DNA of 64,000 nt, from contig CAJWLK010000001.1 in assembly GCA_913043255.1 (NCBI GenBank), positions 324,288 to 388,287 on the forward strand, written 5' to 3'. Below, piece by piece: positions 59,169 to 64,000 of the stretch (positions within the stretch are counted from its first letter, which is position 1; every line of letters starts with the position of its first letter). Below the pieces are notes generated by a model. It was not told the origin of the DNA. It saw only the letters and a list, made by a program, of their open reading frames with translations, and did no database searches. The position numbers and the translations under genes are program-made. This DNA comes from an uncultured Gemmatimonadota bacterium (GTDB taxonomy: Bacteria > Gemmatimonadota > Gemmatimonadetes > Palauibacterales > Palauibacteraceae).

Positions 59169-60728
59169 GCAAATGTTTACACGGTTGACGACGTTACGCC
59201 CCGGGCCGAGGCATTTGCCGTAAAAAGTGGCCGTTTTCTCGCTATTGGTCGCAATGACGAGGTTGCCAACTTGGTGGGCCGAGGGACCGAGGTGATCGAT
59301 GCAGCGGGAATGACTGTATTCCCAGGATTCATTGACGCTCACAACCACCCTTCGTCAGCTGGCATGAGACATCTAACCCAAGTTGACATGAATATCCGCA
59401 CAATCGAAGGCATGAAGAGTGCCCTCGCCGAGCGAGCACAAAATACTCCACCGGGCGAATGGGTTGTTGGCTTTCTTTACGACGACACCAAGATCCAGGA
59501 AGGTCGACCACTTACGCGTAAGGACATCGACGAGGCGGTTCCCAACCATCCAGTGGCAGTCACCCACCGTGGTGGCCATACCAGTGTTTACAATTCAAAA
59601 GCATTTCAGCTCGCAGGGCTCACCGTTGATACGCCTGATCCTCCAGGTGGACACTTTTATCGGGAAAATGGGGAACTCACCGGTAAGGTGGCTGAGCGCG
59701 CGAGGGCTCCTCTTAGCCGACTGATTCCCGGTGGTAGTACAAGAGAAGAGCGATCTGAGGGGGTCGCACTCATCGGCCGTTTAATGTCTGAGTCAGGTCT
59801 CACGTCGGTCCATGAAACGGGCGGAAGCAGTCAGGGGCTCACAGCACTACAAGATGCCTATGAAACGGGGGACCTCCGTTTCCGAATGTATTATTTCCCG
59901 AGCGGCGGCAGCGGTTTATTCCAAGCGCTAAAACAAGCCGGCATTCGTAGTGGTTTTGGAGATGAAATGCTTCGAGTCGGGGCTGTAAAATACGGCGCAG
60001 ACGGATCGGCATCAGAACGCACGATGGCGATGAGGACCCCTTATATAGGACGACCCGATGATTATGGCATCCTCACGATGACCCAGGATGAAATCTATGC
60101 AGCAGTTGATGACGCTGTGCAACATGGGTTCCAAATCGGTATACATGCCAATGGTGATAAAACCATAGATATGTGCCTCAATGCCTACGAGCGTGCACAG
60201 CGCGATATGCCCCAAGCGGACCCACGGTTTCGACTCGAGCATTGCTCCCTCGTCGATGATGAACTCCTCCAGCGGATCAAAAACATCGGTGCAATTCCGA
60301 CACCATTTTACACGTATATCCATTTCCATGGTGAGAAATGGCACGAGTATGGCGCCGATAAAATGGAGTGGATGTTTGCCCACCGCCGGTTCTTGGACTA
60401 CGGCATTCCCGTCGCGGGTGCCTCGGACTACCCACCGGGGCCATTTGAACCACTGATGGCGATCCAGAGTATGACCACACGTAAGGACATGTCGGGACAA
60501 GAATGGGGACCATCACAAAAAGTAACGGTTGAAGAAGCACTCCGGATCTGTACTATAAACGGAGCACATGCATCGTTCGAGGAGAGCATAAAGGGATCAA
60601 TCACCCCTGGGAAGCTCGCGGACTATGTAATTCTAGGAGACGACCCTCATACCGTGGACCCAGAATCAATCAAGCAAATTCCTGTCGTACGAACAGTGGT
60701 TGGAGGCCGAACCACCCATGAGGCCTGA
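59028..60728 (+). CDS. amidohydrolase 3 (YtcJ-like) Tat lipoprotein, paralog 2
   Basis: Same motifs as paralog 1; tandem duplicate. Confidence 0.9.
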   Translation: MSEVSRRDFMALSGLAAGGAVWAGCTPTNNGQADTTSSGEADQVVTNANVYTVDDVTPRAEAFAVKSGRFLAIGRNDEVANLVGRGTEVIDAAGMTVFPGFIDAHNHPSSAGMRHLTQVDMNIRTIEGMKSALAERAQNTPPGEWVVGFLYDDTKIQEGRPLTRKDIDEAVPNHPVAVTHRGGHTSVYNSKAFQLAGLTVDTPDPPGGHFYRENGELTGKVAERARAPLSRLIPGGSTREERSEGVALIGRLMSESGLTSVHETGGSSQGLTALQDAYETGDLRFRMYYFPSGGSGLFQALKQAGIRSGFGDEMLRVGAVKYGADGSASERTMAMRTPYIGRPDDYGILTMTQDEIYAAVDDAVQHGFQIGIHANGDKTIDMCLNAYERAQRDMPQADPRFRLEHCSLVDDELLQRIKNIGAIPTPFYTYIHFHGEKWHEYGADKMEWMFAHRRFLDYGIPVAGASDYPPGPFEPLMAIQSMTTRKDMSGQEWGPSQKVTVEEALRICTINGAHASFEESIKGSITPGKLADYVILGDDPHTVDPESIKQIPVVRTVVGGRTTHEA

Positions 60729-60785
60729 GACCTTGAGTGAATTTGACCATCACGAATACAAACCTAAGCCGAGAGCAAGACCCTC

Positions 60786-61565
60786 ATGAGTGATGTAGTG
60801 CGTGTAGAAAAAATCGATGGAAATATCGCAAAAATCACCATCAACCGACCAGACAAGCTAAACGCCCTAAATCGTGAAGTACGCCAAGGGATATTCGGCG
60901 CCTTAAATAACCTTACTGACGATGATGATATTCGTGTTGTTCTAATAACAGGAGCCGGTGATAAAGCATTCATCGCAGGTGCAGACATCGCCGAATTCAA
61001 GGATGCACGCCCTATCGAACAGTACCGCAGTATGAAGGCGGGAAACATCTATATGGCAATCGAGAGGTTTCACAAGCCTGTGATCGCTATGATTAATGGG
61101 TTTTGCTTAGGCGGCGGTTGCGAACTCGCCATGGCCTGTGATATGCGGATAGCATCCACATCTGCCAAGATCGGCCAACCCGAGATCAACCTGGGTCTCA
61201 TCCCAGGGGCCGGCGGAACTCAACGTCTTCCTCGACTCGTTGGAGAGGGCTGGGCTATGCGCTTAATCACAAGCGGCGAACTGATCTCAGGCGATACAGC
61301 TGCAAAGATTGGCTTGGTAGAAACAGCCGTCGCTCCCGAAGAACTCGAGACACATACCATGACGTTAGCTGCCAAAATTGGAAGTCGAAGCCCCGTAGCA
61401 CTACAAGCTGCCAAGGAATCAATCTTGGCTGCCCGGCGTATGCCGCTCGACGAGGGACTCAAGTTCGAGCAGGCTTGGTTCTCTCTCCTATTTTCTACAG
61501 ATGACATGGCAGAGGGTGTGAGTGCCTTCCTCGAGAAGAGGAAAGCTGAGTTCAAAGGCAGTTAA
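60786..61565 (+). CDS. enoyl-CoA hydratase (crotonase)
   Basis: INRPDKLNAL, AFIAGADI, GGGCELAMACD, QPEINLGLIPGAGGTQRL. Confidence 0.92.
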   Translation: MSDVVRVEKIDGNIAKITINRPDKLNALNREVRQGIFGALNNLTDDDDIRVVLITGAGDKAFIAGADIAEFKDARPIEQYRSMKAGNIYMAIERFHKPVIAMINGFCLGGGCELAMACDMRIASTSAKIGQPEINLGLIPGAGGTQRLPRLVGEGWAMRLITSGELISGDTAAKIGLVETAVAPEELETHTMTLAAKIGSRSPVALQAAKESILAARRMPLDEGLKFEQAWFSLLFSTDDMAEGVSAFLEKRKAEFKGS

Positions 61566-61626
61566 TCTCGGTATACGAACAGTCGGACGAACGTTATCCG
61601 TCATCACCAACCAAAGTTTACCGACA

Positions 61627-61661
61627 AAAGCGCCCGAGACCTGATAGATCTCGGGCGCTTT
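61627..61661. terminator. probable bidirectional intrinsic terminator
   Basis: AAAGCGCCCGAGA-N9-TCTCGGGCGCTTT between convergent crotonase and rpmA. Confidence 0.8.
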
Positions 61662-61700
61662 GTGCGACATTCGAAGAATGGCTTCTTTTAAGGCATCCGC

Positions 61701-61961
61701 CTATGTCTCATTCGGGACCACGTTCACATACCTGCGACCACCTCGCCGGACCTGGAATTTGACGATCCCATCAGTAAGTGCGAACAGTGTATCATCGTTG
61801 CCCCGACCGACATTACGCCCCGGGTGAAACGGTGTTCCCCGTTGTCGAATCAGAATATTCCCTGCGACAACGCGCTGCCCTCCATACCGCTTCACGCCAA
61901 GATATTGTGGGTTTGAATCACGGCCATTTCTACTTGAACCAACCCCTTTTTTATGTGCCAT
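61701..61961 (-). CDS. rpmA: 50S ribosomal protein L27
   Basis: [33 protein letters not shown]. Confidence 0.98.
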   Translation of the reverse strand: MAHKKGVGSSRNGRDSNPQYLGVKRYGGQRVVAGNILIRQRGTPFHPGRNVGRGNDDTLFALTDGIVKFQVRRGGRRYVNVVPNET

Positions 61962-62521
61962 TAGTCAGCTTCCTTGGCTTTAATCGCTTTGTCGATATCG
62001 CTTTTAAGGATACGACCGTCCTTCCCACTTCCTTCGATCTCATTAAGATCAATATCATGCGTTTCTGCTAACGCACGCGCCACATCTGTGATGTCAATGT
62101 CTGTTCGTGCAGACTTTGGCTGATCTGCTGTCTTTTTTGCTTTCGGGGACTTCTTCACTTCTGCGACAACCTCGGGCTTGCTCACCTTGCCCGACTCCGG
62201 TTTCCCCTTGGGGAGGGTGATCGTAACGATCTTAATCTCGGTATAACCCTGCCGATGGCCCTGCTTTCTCCGATACCCTTTTCGCCGTTTCATTTTGTAC
62301 ACGATGATCTTATCACCGCGGCCGTGCCCTATTACTTCAGCCGCTACTGATGCACCATCGACGGCGGGAGCTCCCACGTGTATAGCACCCTCCCGTTCGG
62401 CTAGCAGGACTTGGTCAAATTTCACCTTGTCCCCAGGATCTGCCTGTAACGTGGGGATCCGGATAACCGCATCCTTGACCGCCCGAAACTGTTTCCCTTG
62501 AGCCTGAAAAATCGCGTACAT
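61961..62521 (-). CDS. rplU: 50S ribosomal protein L21 with C-terminal linker and E3-binding-like domain
   Basis: [32 protein letters not shown]; about 80-aa extension ending [29 protein letters not shown]. Confidence 0.95.
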   Translation of the reverse strand: MYAIFQAQGKQFRAVKDAVIRIPTLQADPGDKVKFDQVLLAEREGAIHVGAPAVDGASVAAEVIGHGRGDKIIVYKMKRRKGYRRKQGHRQGYTEIKIVTITLPKGKPESGKVSKPEVVAEVKKSPKAKKTADQPKSARTDIDITDVARALAETHDIDLNEIEGSGKDGRILKSDIDKAIKAKEAD

Positions 62522-62587
62522 ATCAGTAAACCATCATTCGGAAGGATGAGATGCCTTGGATGATCTTGTTAAGAATTCTAGCCGGGC

Positions 62588-62616
62588 AGTCTAGCTGTGA
62601 CTTTAGTCAACGTCAA
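62588..62616 (-). promoter_or_regulatory. sigma70-like promoter for rplU-rpmA
   Basis: On minus strand TTGACG-N17-TAGACT about 70 nt upstream of rplU. Confidence 0.55.
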
Positions 62617-62634
62617 CTTGACAGCTTTTAAAAT

Positions 62635-64000
62635 CTAGTTCGAAACGTATTTATTCGTGACGTCCGTATCCGCCGGGTGTGCAAGAAGCCTGAACTCATC
62701 AAGCCCCAACATAGGGTTGTCACGCACCTCAAGAACAATCTTGGTGCGGGCCCTTTGACCCTTAAGAAAATCGGTCTCATTTTCGAGAAGGTGTAACGCA
62801 ATCACCGGGTGCGTGAGAATCGTGATTCCACGCTCTTTCCCTGCCGTCGATACCCGTTGGAGCGCACGTTCAATGCGACGGACAACCGTCTGTGGCGCAA
62901 GGATCCGCCCCGTCCCTTCACAGTATGTGCACGGCGTCATCATCTGCTGTTGAAGACTTGGGCTCACCCTCTGCCGACTCAGTTGGAGCAGCCCCAACTC
63001 CGAGATCCCAAAGACCTTGCTCCGGGCACGATCTCGACCCAGATGCATCCTCATCTTTTGCTCAACCTTAACCCGTGATTTTTCGTCATCCATGTCGATG
63101 AAATCAATGACGATGATCCCCCCTACATCGCGAAGCCGAAGCTGTCTGGCAATCTCGACGGCCGCATCCATGTTTGTGCGGAAAATAGTTTTAGAAGGAT
63201 CCTTACGTCCTGTGTAACTCCCAGTATTCACGTCGATCGACACAAGTGCTTCTGTTTGCTCAATAACGATGTGGCCACCTGATGACAAATCCACTTTGCG
63301 ACGGAATGCACGTCTGATTTCTTCTTCGATCCCCAACTCATCAAAAAGCGGCGCCTGGCCATTGTAAAGCGTAACACGATCAAGCAGATCTGGATCAACC
63401 TGGCCAAGATAAGACTTGATTTCATGGTGCAGGTCGGAAGAGTCAACGGTGAGCGAATCAACTCGATCGTTGAACAAATCACGTATCATACTGGACGTCA
63501 TACGGGCATCTTGGTATACCAGTGCCGGCGCCTTCATCCCTTGCGCACGCTTGCTCGCTTTTTCCCAAGATTTTCGAAGAGACTTAAGCTCTCCTTGGAA
63601 AGTTTTTTCCGTCAGTTCTTCCCCTACGGTTCGTATGATAACGCTATCTGAACTTCCCTTAAGTGCATCTTTGGCCATCTTTCGAAGACGTCTGCGCTCT
63701 TCCCGATCTTCGATCTTGCGACTAATTCCTACATGCGAGGAAGAAGGTATGTAAACGAGGAATCTCCCAGGTAACGATACCTGCGTGGTAACACGAGCTC
63801 CCTTTGTCCCAATAGGCTCCTTCGTAACCTGAACCATGATGGACTGACCCTTGGACACCACATCCTGGATTGGCGCATAGGTTCGATCACGCCATCTGCC
63901 AGTATTTTTTGATTTCGTGCGGGATCCCTTGCGACCACCCTTGGAACTTTTTGATGTACTATTGAGATCAACCGAACCCTCATCGTCTGCTTCGTCATCA
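62635..64000 (-). CDS. ribonuclease E/G family, 5' end outside the window
   Basis: VQVTKEPIGTKGAR, EQTEALVSIDVNTG, RQLRLRDVGGIIVIDFIDM, CTYCEGTG; frame stays open to the window edge; short C-terminus as in RNase G. Confidence 0.93.
   Translation of the reverse strand, partial: DDEADDEGSVDLNSTSKSSKGGRKGSRTKSKNTGRWRDRTYAPIQDVVSKGQSIMVQVTKEPIGTKGARVTTQVSLPGRFLVYIPSSSHVGISRKIEDREERRRLRKMAKDALKGSSDSVIIRTVGEELTEKTFQGELKSLRKSWEKASKRAQGMKAPALVYQDARMTSSMIRDLFNDRVDSLTVDSSDLHHEIKSYLGQVDPDLLDRVTLYNGQAPLFDELGIEEEIRRAFRRKVDLSSGGHIVIEQTEALVSIDVNTGSYTGRKDPSKTIFRTNMDAAVEIARQLRLRDVGGIIVIDFIDMDDEKSRVKVEQKMRMHLGRDRARSKVFGISELGLLQLSRQRVSPSLQQQMMTPCTYCEGTGRILAPQTVVRRIERALQRVSTAGKERGITILTHPVIALHLLENETDFLKGQRARTKIVLEVRDNPMLGLDEFRLLAHPADTDVTNKYVSN

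Noticed and set aside
1-64000. CRISPR arrays, transposases, prophage or defence genes
   Set aside because: No regularly spaced repeats or such protein motifs seen; the repeats present are protein-level (ankyrin, MORN, PD40, BNR).

Overview
Gene-dense bacterial chromosomal window of moderate GC, standard genetic code, about 48 CDS plus one tRNA-Leu(TAA). I see no integrase, transposase, prophage or CRISPR array. The gene repertoire suggests a Gemmatimonadota/Acidobacteriota-like heterotroph (inference only). Left end (1-9.8 kb): a divergent catabolic block (comE-comD-CocE on minus; hydantoinase A, a 58-aa membrane microprotein, SSS symporter, hydantoinase B, FAD oxidoreductase on plus) abutting the 3' end of tRNA-Leu. 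Middle: an unusual signal peptide + degenerate MBL + 2-hydroxyacid dehydrogenase fusion, dut, many exported C-N hydrolases, CoA ligase/thioesterase, nfeD-floA, a beta-propeller glycosyl hydrolase-like protein, an acyl-CoA beta-oxidation cluster, and an all-exported cluster (atypical creatininase, DUF1592-type dihaem protein, DUF1552-type Tat protein, ankyrin protein). Right end: transporters, four amidohydrolases, and rng/rne-rplU-rpmA. Best candidates for new biology: the uncharacterised exported haem/Tat/ankyrin system (38.5-45.0 kb), ribosomal protein L21 fused to an E3-binding (PSBD)-like domain, the exported pseudo-MBL/dehydrogenase fusion, and apparent recent homogenisation of only the leader/signal region of two tandem amidohydrolases. 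All family calls are from motif recognition by eye, not database searches.
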